Assembly (NCBI GenBank): GCA_021788015.1 | Contig: JAJYLD010000001.1 | Location: 81,581 to 145,580 of the forward strand | Length of the DNA stretch: 64,000 nt | Reading direction: 5' to 3' | Source: a bacterium | GTDB taxonomy: Bacteria > Patescibacteriota > Patescibacteriia > Patescibacteriales > JAKAJF01 | Shown: in pieces, positions 43,396 to 52,293 of the stretch | Position numbering within the stretch: the first letter of the stretch is position 1 | Layout: every line of letters starts with the position of its first letter | The notes under the pieces: generated by a model | Databases searched by the model: none | The model's input: the letters and a program-made list of their open reading frames with translations, nothing else | What the model was told of the DNA's origin: nothing | Made by a program: the position numbers and the translations under genes

Positions 43396-44946
43396 ATGAA
43401 AAATCAAAAGCTCTCAATTTATTTAATTAAAGATGGTGTCACGAATCACGTTGACATTGTTAAAGATGTAAATATAAAAGAGACTTTTGATAATGGCATT
43501 TTGTACTACAAAAAATCTTTCTCAAAAGAGCCGGCATGGACAGATAACTTTTTTAATAAAAGCATAGATGCATTAAAAAACTCTACTGCATCCGGTTTGT
43601 ATATCACAAAGGTAAAACACAGCAATAAAGATATTTATTTCGGCATCTCTTTTGGGCACGGATGGCAGATGTTCAAAGATGGCGTTATTGTTGAGCAGTT
43701 TGGTATTAAGACAGCCCTCAGCATTATCAAAAGTGAAGTAAAGAAAATTGAAAAGAAGAATTTTAAGAATGGGTTGAAAGATGTGTCAGAGCAACTCGGA
43801 AGGATTGGGACGGTTGCAGACTTCGGTTTTGATATAGAGCAAGACATTATGAGAGCGGTTGTTGGCGAACCGGAGAATCAAGAATCGTATGGAAAGAATG
43901 TTGTAGGTAAAGATGCGATAAGCATATCTATTAAAAAGAGTGTGGATGAAATCAACGATGTGCTTCTCGAACTGTACAAGGCTTACATTTCTAATAAATA
44001 CAAAGAAAGATTTGACTGGTTTGATAATTTTTCAGCAGTTCATGACAAAAAACTGATCGCCGATTTAGATAATAAAATCAGTGCAAAAATAAATAATGAC
44101 AATAATACAGATGTAATTTATTGGTTGTCTATTCCGGAGGTTGTAGAGTGGGAAAATACAAAATGCTTTAAATATAGTGCCAAAAATAACGCGCCAGAGT
44201 ATCAAGATATCACTTTTGAAGATTTCAAAGATTCGTTGAAAGATGATGAAAAAAATAATATCACTATAGATTTACTCAAAGGCAAAAAGGTACAGCAGAT
44301 AGATACAAATGATCAAATAGTAAAAGAATGGTCTATATATAAGTGTCTATATTCGGAAGTTGACTTAAATAATGAGAAGTATTTATTGGTGGCCGCCAAA
44401 TACTACAGAGTGGATGCGACATATAAAAATAAAATCGAGAGTGAATATGTAGTTGATACAAATTTTACTTTACCAAACTGGGATAAGGCAGATCATGAGA
44501 ATGACTATAATAAAAAAGTTGAGACTAATGATGCTACAAATTATCAATGTCTTGATGGTGGTTCCAATCAAAATAATTTAATTGGAAAGGGCAAAATTGA
44601 ATTTGCCGATCTCGTGAAGTCCGATAAACATCTGATCCACGTAAAGAAATACGGGGCAAGTGCCGTATTGAGTCACTTGTTTAGTCAAGGATTGGTATCT
44701 GCTGATTTACTGCTTACGGATAAACCATTCAGAAAAGAAGTAAATGGGAAACTGAAGACCTCGCACAAAAGCGTGGTCTCAGAGAGTGATCCGAATCCTG
44801 TAGAGTATACAATTGTTTATGCCATAGGCACCAGCAAGAATGACCTGAAATTACCATTTTTCAGCATTATTAATTACAGGAACATCAAGAAGCAATTGAA
44901 TCTGTATCGTTACAATGTTTTATTGATAAAAATCAATCAAGTTTAA
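43396..44946 (+). CDS. uncharacterised 516-aa protein embedded between hsdM and hsdS (resembles TIGR04141/DUF6119-type proteins, from memory)
   Basis: 4 nt after the hsdM stop and 1 nt before the hsdS ATG; AT-richer than flanks; C-terminal GKIEFADLV...LIHVKKYGASAVLSHLFSQG block. Confidence 0.75.
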   Translation: MKNQKLSIYLIKDGVTNHVDIVKDVNIKETFDNGILYYKKSFSKEPAWTDNFFNKSIDALKNSTASGLYITKVKHSNKDIYFGISFGHGWQMFKDGVIVEQFGIKTALSIIKSEVKKIEKKNFKNGLKDVSEQLGRIGTVADFGFDIEQDIMRAVVGEPENQESYGKNVVGKDAISISIKKSVDEINDVLLELYKAYISNKYKERFDWFDNFSAVHDKKLIADLDNKISAKINNDNNTDVIYWLSIPEVVEWENTKCFKYSAKNNAPEYQDITFEDFKDSLKDDEKNNITIDLLKGKKVQQIDTNDQIVKEWSIYKCLYSEVDLNNEKYLLVAAKYYRVDATYKNKIESEYVVDTNFTLPNWDKADHENDYNKKVETNDATNYQCLDGGSNQNNLIGKGKIEFADLVKSDKHLIHVKKYGASAVLSHLFSQGLVSADLLLTDKPFRKEVNGKLKTSHKSVVSESDPNPVEYTIVYAIGTSKNDLKLPFFSIINYRNIKKQLNLYRYNVLLIKINQV

Positions 44947-44947
44947 T

Positions 44948-46117
44948 ATGCCAAAACATCAAAGCAAAATAGAAAAATTGATCGCCGAACACTGCCCCAA
45001 AGGGGTTGAGTTTAAGAAGTTAGGAGAAGTTTGCGAAATTGCCGACAATAAAAGGAAGCCGGTAGCGTCAAGTTTACGCGTAGCTGGCAAAATACCTTAC
45101 TATGGTGCAAACAACATACAGGACTACGTTGAAGGTTTTACTCATGAAGGTGATTATGTATTGATTGCGGAAGACGGCTCCGCGAGTCTGGAGAATTATT
45201 CAATACAATTTGCTTCTGGTAAATTTTGGGCAAATAACCACGTTCATGTTGTAAGAGGGTGCAACGAACTCAATAACAAATTTCTATTTCATTACCTTAG
45301 GAGTATGAACTTTGTTCCTTATCTGACTGGTGGGACTCGAGCAAAGTTGACTAAGGGAAAAATGTTGGAGATTAAAATTCCCATCCCACCACTTGACATC
45401 CAGCAAGAAGTCGCAAAAATCCTCAATACTTTTACGAAACTAGAAGCAGAGCTAGAAGCAGAGCTAGAAGCGAGAAAGAAGCAGTACGAACATTATCGCT
45501 CTGAGCTCCTGACGTTCAAGGACGGAACCGAGAGAGAGAGAGTAAGATGGGCCGCGCTGAGTGAAATAGGAAAAGTATCTATGTGTAAAAGAATTTTCAA
45601 AAATCAAACATCTGCAACCGGCGATATACCGTTCTACAAGATCGGGACTTTTGGTAAAGAACCAGACGCTTTTATTTCGCAGGAAATTTTTGACGAATAT
45701 CGCAAAAAATATTCATTTCCTAAAAAAGGCGATGTTCTTATATCTGCCTCGGGTACGATCGGCAGAATGGTTATTTATGACGGCAAGCCAGCATATTTTC
45801 AGGATTCAAATATTATCTGGATTGATAATGACGAGAGTAAAGTGCTTAATAAATTTTTGTATTATTTGTACGCGATAGTGAAATGGCAGACTGAAGGTGG
45901 CACAATCAAACGGCTCTATAACGACAATCTAAAGAAAATTAAAATCCCTGTACCATCGCTTGATGAGCAAAAACGTGTCGTGTCTGTCCTAGATAAATTT
46001 GACGCTCTTGTGAACGATATTTCTATCGGTTTGCCGGCAGAGCTTTCCGCGCGCAGGTCTCAGTATGAATACTATCGAGGCAAGCTCTTAACCTTTAACG
46101 AATATGTCCCAGCATAA
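44948..46117 (+). CDS. hsdS: type I restriction-modification specificity subunit
   Basis: Two TRD halves separated by a central coiled-coil (LEAELEAELEARKKQYEHYRSELLTF) and a C-terminal conserved ARRSQYEYYRGKLLTF. Confidence 0.9.
   Translation: MPKHQSKIEKLIAEHCPKGVEFKKLGEVCEIADNKRKPVASSLRVAGKIPYYGANNIQDYVEGFTHEGDYVLIAEDGSASLENYSIQFASGKFWANNHVHVVRGCNELNNKFLFHYLRSMNFVPYLTGGTRAKLTKGKMLEIKIPIPPLDIQQEVAKILNTFTKLEAELEAELEARKKQYEHYRSELLTFKDGTERERVRWAALSEIGKVSMCKRIFKNQTSATGDIPFYKIGTFGKEPDAFISQEIFDEYRKKYSFPKKGDVLISASGTIGRMVIYDGKPAYFQDSNIIWIDNDESKVLNKFLYYLYAIVKWQTEGGTIKRLYNDNLKKIKIPVPSLDEQKRVVSVLDKFDALVNDISIGLPAELSARRSQYEYYRGKLLTFNEYVPA
45440..45475 (+). repeat. 12-bp tandem repeat x3 in the hsdS central conserved region
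   Basis: ctagaagcagag-ctagaagcagag-ctagaagcgaga encoding LEAE-LEAE-LEAR. Confidence 0.9.
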
Positions 46118-49100
46118 TAAATACAATTTAGTCGCGGAAAACACGCAGAGCACCGTTGTTTCGGAATATACACCGGACAATGTTCGCGTTGCTCACTACC
46201 AGAGCGAGGCCGAACTCGAAAAAGCATTTATTAAACAGCTTGAGACGCAAGCGTATGAATATATCACCGTCACATCCGAAGCTGAGCTGATACACAATCT
46301 ACGCAGTCAATTGGAAAAGTTGAACGGCTTTGCATTCAGTGATAACGAATGGGAACGATTCCTTGCGAGCGAACTCGCTAATCCAAATCAAGGCATTGAA
46401 GAGAAAACAGCAACGATTCAGGAGGATTATATTAAAAACCTGACACGTGATGATGGTTCGGTAAAAAATATATACCTCATCAAAAAAGATAATATTCACG
46501 ACAATAGTCTGCAGGTTATTAATCAATATGCCACTGAAGACGGCCAAAGAGCCAATCGTTATGATGTCACGGTTTTAGTGAACGGGTTACCGCTCGTTCA
46601 TATAGAGCTCAAACGGCGAGGCGTTGCGATTCAAGAAGCGTTTAATCAGATCAACCGTTATCACCGGGAGAGTTTTTGGGCGTCGGCCGGTCTTTTCGAA
46701 TACATCCAGTTGTTTGTTATATCCAATGGCACACACACTAAATATTACAGCAATACGACTCGTGCTACGCATATCAAAGAAGCAAGCGAGGGTGTGATAA
46801 AGAAAGGAAAACGTACCAGCAATAGTTTTGAATTTACCAGCTGGTGGGCTGACGCTACCAATCGCCCGATCACGGATTTGATAGATTTCGCAAAAACATT
46901 TTTCGCTAAACACACGCTTTTAAATATTTTAACCCGTTATTGCGTGTTCACGACTGATCGTATGTTGCTCGTAATGCGCCCGTATCAGATCGTAGCAACG
47001 GAACGGATATTAAACCGCATAGAAGTAAGCACAAACTATAAAAAACTCGGCACAGTGGAAGCTGGCGGATATATATGGCATACCACCGGCTCGGGCAAAA
47101 CTTTAACCAGTTTCAAAACCGCACAACTGGTAAGCAGACTGCCGTATATCGACAAGGTTGTATTTGTGGTTGATCGGAAAGATTTGGATTATCAAACCAT
47201 GCGAGAATATGACAAATTTGAAAAAGGTGCGGCTAATAGCAACACTTCCACTTCCATTTTGAAGCGTCAGCTCGAGGATTTTAATGCTCGGATAATCATA
47301 ACCACTATTCAGAAGCTGGACCGGTTTGTCGAACGAAACTCCGGTCATACGATTTTTGATGGTCATGTGGTTCTTATTTTTGACGAGTGCCACCGTTCGC
47401 AATTCGGTGACATGCATTCCGCTATAACCAAAGCGTTCAAGAATTACCACATTTTTGGATTTACCGGCACGCCAATTTTTGCGGTTAACGCTTCATCGAG
47501 CGGTCGGCCTGACCTAAGAACCACAGAGCAGGCTTTTGGCGAAAAGCTTCACACTTATACAATCGTCGATGCAATCGCCGATAAGAACGTTTTGCCGTTC
47601 AAAGTTGATTATGTATCTACTGTCCGCGAAGCTGAAGATATCGAAGACAAAAAAGTAAGCGACATTGACCGAGAAGCGGTTCTGTCCGCCCCCGAGCGCT
47701 TAACAAATATCGTCAGCTATATACGAGAGCATTTTGATCAGAAGACCAAGCGCAACAGTTTTTATAAATTGAAAGAGCGAAGATTGGCTGGCTTTAACTC
47801 AATCTTTGCTGTTTCCTCAATTGATGTTGCCAAGAAATATTATGCTGAATTCAAAAAGCAGTTGGCCGGCGTTTCCAGCGACAAAAGGCTAAAAGTCGCA
47901 TTGATTTATAGTTTCGGTGTCAATGACGAAGATGCCGATGGAATGATCGACGAAAACTCAGAAGATACGTCAGGGCTTGACGCAAGCTCTAGAGATTTTT
48001 TGGACTCCGCTATTACTGATTATAATGCTATGTTCGGTACTTCCTACGACACGTCATCGGATAAATTCCAGAATTACTACAAGGATGTCAGCCAAAGAGT
48101 AAAAGACCGCGAGATAGACGTTCTCATCGTGGTCAATATGTTTTTGACCGGATTTGATGCGACAACGCTCAATACTTTGTGGGTAGATAAAAATTTGCGG
48201 TTGCATGGCCTTTTGCAGGCATATTCACGCACGAACAGAATTCTCAACAGCGTGAAGACTTTTGGCAATGTTATTTGTTTCAGAAATCTTGAAAAAGCAA
48301 CAAACGAGTCAATTGCTCTTTTTGGCGACAAAGAAGCAAGTGGTATCGTGCTTTTGAAATCATATGCCGAATACTACAACGGCTATAAAGACGGCAACAA
48401 AGAAGTGCGCGGCTACAAGAGTCTGGTAGAAGAACTGATGGAGAAGTTTCCGGTCGGACAGACGATTATTGGCGAGCAAAACCAAAAGGATTTTATAAAG
48501 CTCTACAGTGCTATTTTACGAGTTCGTAATATTTTGGTAACTTTTGACGAATTTATCGGCAATGAAATTCTGACCGAAAGAGATGTGCAGGATTATCACA
48601 GTATGTACATCGATCTCTATAACGAATTTCGTAAAAGCACAGAGGAAGAAAAAGAAAATATCAATGATGATTTGGTGTTTGAAATGGAACTCATCAAACA
48701 AATTGAGATAAATATCGATTATGTTTTGGGCCTGATCAAAAAATACCACGAGGATCATGTTAAAAACCGCGAACTTCTGGTTGATATTAATAAAGCAATA
48801 GATTCAAGTGTTGAATTGCGTAATAAGAAAGACCTGATCAATCAATTTATCTCCTCTCTTGATGTTCATTCGGTTGTGGACGATGATTGGCAGAAATTCG
48901 TCGACGAGAAGAAGATTGAAGAGCTTGAGAAGATTATTGCCAATGAAAAGCTCGATCGCGATGCAACTTACAAGTTCGTAAAAAACGCCTTTCGCGATGG
49001 CAGTGTGCCTACGACAGGCACGGCGATCACTAAAGTCCTACCGCCTGTATCCCGTTTTTCGCCGACCGGTGAACGCACAAAGAAACGCGAGACCGTTCTC

Positions 49101-49169
49101 GCTAAATTAACAGGTTTCTTTGAAAGATTTTTTGATATTTCCGGTGGCAAGTTCTCCGAAAAAGAATAA
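46104..49169 (+). CDS. hsdR: type I restriction endonuclease/helicase subunit
   Basis: 1021 aa; SF2 motifs HTTGSGKTLTSF and IFDECHRSQ; start overlaps the hsdS end by 14 nt. Confidence 0.95.
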   Translation: MSQHNKYNLVAENTQSTVVSEYTPDNVRVAHYQSEAELEKAFIKQLETQAYEYITVTSEAELIHNLRSQLEKLNGFAFSDNEWERFLASELANPNQGIEEKTATIQEDYIKNLTRDDGSVKNIYLIKKDNIHDNSLQVINQYATEDGQRANRYDVTVLVNGLPLVHIELKRRGVAIQEAFNQINRYHRESFWASAGLFEYIQLFVISNGTHTKYYSNTTRATHIKEASEGVIKKGKRTSNSFEFTSWWADATNRPITDLIDFAKTFFAKHTLLNILTRYCVFTTDRMLLVMRPYQIVATERILNRIEVSTNYKKLGTVEAGGYIWHTTGSGKTLTSFKTAQLVSRLPYIDKVVFVVDRKDLDYQTMREYDKFEKGAANSNTSTSILKRQLEDFNARIIITTIQKLDRFVERNSGHTIFDGHVVLIFDECHRSQFGDMHSAITKAFKNYHIFGFTGTPIFAVNASSSGRPDLRTTEQAFGEKLHTYTIVDAIADKNVLPFKVDYVSTVREAEDIEDKKVSDIDREAVLSAPERLTNIVSYIREHFDQKTKRNSFYKLKERRLAGFNSIFAVSSIDVAKKYYAEFKKQLAGVSSDKRLKVALIYSFGVNDEDADGMIDENSEDTSGLDASSRDFLDSAITDYNAMFGTSYDTSSDKFQNYYKDVSQRVKDREIDVLIVVNMFLTGFDATTLNTLWVDKNLRLHGLLQAYSRTNRILNSVKTFGNVICFRNLEKATNESIALFGDKEASGIVLLKSYAEYYNGYKDGNKEVRGYKSLVEELMEKFPVGQTIIGEQNQKDFIKLYSAILRVRNILVTFDEFIGNEILTERDVQDYHSMYIDLYNEFRKSTEEEKENINDDLVFEMELIKQIEINIDYVLGLIKKYHEDHVKNRELLVDINKAIDSSVELRNKKDLINQFISSLDVHSVVDDDWQKFVDEKKIEELEKIIANEKLDRDATYKFVKNAFRDGSVPTTGTAITKVLPPVSRFSPTGERTKKRETVLAKLTGFFERFFDISGGKFSEKE

Positions 49170-49180
49170 TCTATGCAAAT

Positions 49181-50635
49181 ATGAGCACTAATATTCAAAA
49201 ATGGGAAAAGAAAGATATAGCAATCAAAGACCTTTCGCTTTGGGATGAGAATCCGCGATTTCCAGAAGAGTATTTTAGTAAGACCGAATCCGAACTCATA
49301 GAATATTTCTTGCGAAAGAAGGAATTCAAAATCGATTCTTTTGCGAAAGAAGTTGCAAAGGAATTTGATCTTCCTCAACTGGAAAGAATAGTTGTCTTTC
49401 AATACAAAGGAAAGAATATTGTCTTGGAGGGAAATCGTCGTCTGATTGTGTATAAATTACTGCTTAATCCGGTGCTGACCAGCAATCCATCATCAAAAAC
49501 TCTTTTCGAAAGTTTACAAAGACAGACAAAAATAAAAGATTCCTTCGGGCTTGAAGCAAATGTTACCACAATCAAAGATGAGGGATTACGTTTTGTAGAT
49601 AGAAAACATAACAGAGGAAATAATGAGGTGGGTTGGGGTGAACCTGAGCGTAGAAATTTCGCAGTACGCCGTTCTCATGGTGGGAGCAAGGATATTCTCC
49701 GGGTTGAATTAGCCAATGCGGTTAAGAGGCTTTCATTACCAGATTCCATTAAAGAAGCAGTGCTTAGCAGGGGCTTAGTTACCACTTTTTACCGCATCGT
49801 GGATAGCATATCTGCACGTAAAAAGTTAGGATATGAAGTTTCTGAAAGTGGTACCTTAGGCATTAAAGACCAGAAAAAATTCGACAGCTTACTCAAGGTA
49901 ATCGCATATAATATTTGGGCAAAGAAAGACTTTAATGGCGAAGATGTTGATTCGCGCTCACTTAACAAGACGAGAGCCATAGAGAGTTACATTTCAGGTA
50001 TACAAGTTAAAAATGCGACTCGTGTTGATAACGAAATAAAGAAAAGCACAAAAGAGACTTTGTTTGGAGAACAGGTAATTCTCACTCCTGCTAGAACAAA
50101 AAGCAATCAACTTTCCGGCGAGCGTAAGTATTTAATCAACTCATCAATTTATATCCAAAGTTTCAGGATTAACGATATTTACGATGAATTGCGAAAGAAA
50201 ATTGAAGTAGATAACGCTCCCAATGCAGTGGCGGTTCTTTTCCGTGTTTTTATGGAATGCTCGATTGATTGCTATATTGATACTCACAAATTGAAAATAA
50301 AAGATGATACAAAGTTGGCTGGGAAAATCCTGAAGGTTGTCGATCATCTTGAAGATGCTATTGCTCTACGCCGTCTTGCCGAAGAAGGCAATAAAACACC
50401 AACACCGGAGGAGTTTAAGAAAGTAAAGGAGAAAGTTAAATTTAAGAATATGAGGAGAGTGGCGACGAAAGACAATAACAGCATACTTTCAGTCGAAACA
50501 TTCCATGATTTTGTTCATGATTATAAAACATCGCCGATACCATCCGAGTTAAAAAAATACTGGGAGAATCTCGATAGTTTCTTTGTGGCACTATGGAGTT
50601 CTTTCGCGACAGTTAAAAAGAAGAAAAGCAAATGA
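49181..50635 (+). CDS. ParB/Srx-fold N-terminal domain protein with an uncharacterised ~380-aa C-terminal region
   Basis: LWDENPRF and VLEGNRRLIVYKLL ParB-like boxes; 484 aa. Confidence 0.65.
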   Translation: MSTNIQKWEKKDIAIKDLSLWDENPRFPEEYFSKTESELIEYFLRKKEFKIDSFAKEVAKEFDLPQLERIVVFQYKGKNIVLEGNRRLIVYKLLLNPVLTSNPSSKTLFESLQRQTKIKDSFGLEANVTTIKDEGLRFVDRKHNRGNNEVGWGEPERRNFAVRRSHGGSKDILRVELANAVKRLSLPDSIKEAVLSRGLVTTFYRIVDSISARKKLGYEVSESGTLGIKDQKKFDSLLKVIAYNIWAKKDFNGEDVDSRSLNKTRAIESYISGIQVKNATRVDNEIKKSTKETLFGEQVILTPARTKSNQLSGERKYLINSSIYIQSFRINDIYDELRKKIEVDNAPNAVAVLFRVFMECSIDCYIDTHKLKIKDDTKLAGKILKVVDHLEDAIALRRLAEEGNKTPTPEEFKKVKEKVKFKNMRRVATKDNNSILSVETFHDFVHDYKTSPIPSELKKYWENLDSFFVALWSSFATVKKKKSK

Positions 50636-51477
50636 AAATACTAACCAGCAAAAGTCGAAAAAACTACCACAGCCCCCTTCGCTATCCCGGAGGGAAAACT
50701 TCGTTACTCCCTTTTTTTGAAAAGGTTATTGAAGATCGTGGTTTGGAGAAAATAACATACATTGAACCGTTTGCCGGTGGTGCTGGCGCGGCCCTGGCCC
50801 TGCTTTTATTCGGGAAGGTTGATCGCATCGTGATTAATGATCTGGATAAGGCTATCTATGCCTTTTGGAGGTCATCTATATTTAATTCCGCCAAATTTAT
50901 TAAAAAAATAAAATCGACTCCAGTAACGATTAGCGAATGGAAAAAACAAAAAGCTATTTATAACGATTCGAAAGCCAGCCTCTTTGATCTTGGTTTTGCC
51001 ACTTTTTTTCTCAATAGAACTAACACTTCCGGTATTTTGGATGGCGGACCTATTGGAGGTTTAAAACAAAAAAGTAAATACAAAATCGATGCCAGGTTTA
51101 ACAAAGACATTTTAATAGAACGAATACGGCAGATAGCTCTCTATAAATACAAAATATCAGTTTTTAATAAGGATGGACTTCATCTGATTGGTGAGTATCT
51201 GAATAAAAAAAATGCATTTATATATCTTGATCCTCCTTATTTTGAAAAGGGTGCAACTCTTTACTTAAACCACTACAAGAAAGAAGACCATGAGACTTTA
51301 GCCAAAAAACTGAACAGCAATCCAGATGCGTTTTGGCTTTTAACTTACGATAATAAAAAAGAAATTAAATCCCTTTATCTGGATCGGAAGATTGTTAACT
51401 TCTCACTTAACTACAACGCTTATGAGTCACGCAAAGGCAGAGAAGTGATGATCCTTTCGGATGCATTTGTTGGGTAA
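50632..51477 (+). CDS. dam: Dam-class (D12) DNA N6-adenine methyltransferase
   Basis: SPLRYPGGK, motif I EPFAGGAGA, motif IV YLDPPYFEKG; ATGA overlap with the upstream gene. Confidence 0.9.
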   Translation: MKILTSKSRKNYHSPLRYPGGKTSLLPFFEKVIEDRGLEKITYIEPFAGGAGAALALLLFGKVDRIVINDLDKAIYAFWRSSIFNSAKFIKKIKSTPVTISEWKKQKAIYNDSKASLFDLGFATFFLNRTNTSGILDGGPIGGLKQKSKYKIDARFNKDILIERIRQIALYKYKISVFNKDGLHLIGEYLNKKNAFIYLDPPYFEKGATLYLNHYKKEDHETLAKKLNSNPDAFWLLTYDNKKEIKSLYLDRKIVNFSLNYNAYESRKGREVMILSDAFVG

Positions 51478-51488
51478 GAATTATAAAT

Positions 51489-51965
51489 ATGAAAATAAAC
51501 AACACATTCAAACTCATCATCGCTATCGTCATCTCTGAACTTGCTGGTATCATCGGGTCAATATTTACGACTCCATCCATTGCTGGCTGGTATGCTGGGA
51601 TTGTGAAGCCGGCTCTTAATCCTCCGGCATGGGTCTTTGGACCGGTCTGGACGACACTGTTTGCCCTGATGGGCATTTCAGCGTTCTTGATCTGGAAGAA
51701 AGGACTTGACCGCAAGGATGTAAGAATCGCTCTCGGTATATTTATCGGCCAGCTCGTTTTGAACATGCTCTGGTCAATCATCTTTTTCGGTCTACATTCT
51801 CCGGCCGGCGCTTTTATTGAACTCTTTATCCTTTGGTTCGTTATCTTCGCCATGATCATTGTATTCACACGTATATCTAAACCCTCGGCCTGGCTTCTTA
51901 CACCATACATCCTCTGGGTGACATTTGCCGGGTATTTGAACTTTATGATTTGGATTCTTAATTAA
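51489..51965 (+). CDS. tspO: TspO/MBR family protein (element-borne paralog)
   Basis: About two-thirds identical, by hand alignment, to the host copy at 3909-4391. Confidence 0.85.
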   Translation: MKINNTFKLIIAIVISELAGIIGSIFTTPSIAGWYAGIVKPALNPPAWVFGPVWTTLFALMGISAFLIWKKGLDRKDVRIALGIFIGQLVLNMLWSIIFFGLHSPAGAFIELFILWFVIFAMIIVFTRISKPSAWLLTPYILWVTFAGYLNFMIWILN

Positions 51966-51969
51966 TTGT

Positions 51970-52152
51970 ATGGCCGATAAAAATGATCCAATTGAAGACG
52001 AAATTCCCGAAGACGAAGCTCCTGACGAGGAAGTCAAAGAACTGATGGAAAACCACGATCTCGATCAGGACACAGCCGAGCGCGTGCAGGAAATCATGGA
52101 AGAGTATAGCGTTGACGAAGACGACGCTGTTGAGCTCGAGGAACTTCTTTAA
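51970..52152 (+). CDS. hyper-acidic small protein (60 aa)
   Basis: 27 Asp/Glu vs 3 Lys/Arg by my count; 4 nt after tspO. Confidence 0.55.
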   Translation: MADKNDPIEDEIPEDEAPDEEVKELMENHDLDQDTAERVQEIMEEYSVDEDDAVELEELL

Positions 52153-52293
52153 CAAGCGTGAGGAAAAAGCGAAATCCAAAATTTAAGGTTGAAGTGATTT
52201 ATAAAGAGCTTCCGGACAAAAAGGACCGGGTACGCCAGCTTTGGGATTTGCTTGTTGGTTTGCCCGACCCCGAAACTCCCAAACAAGAAAAAG

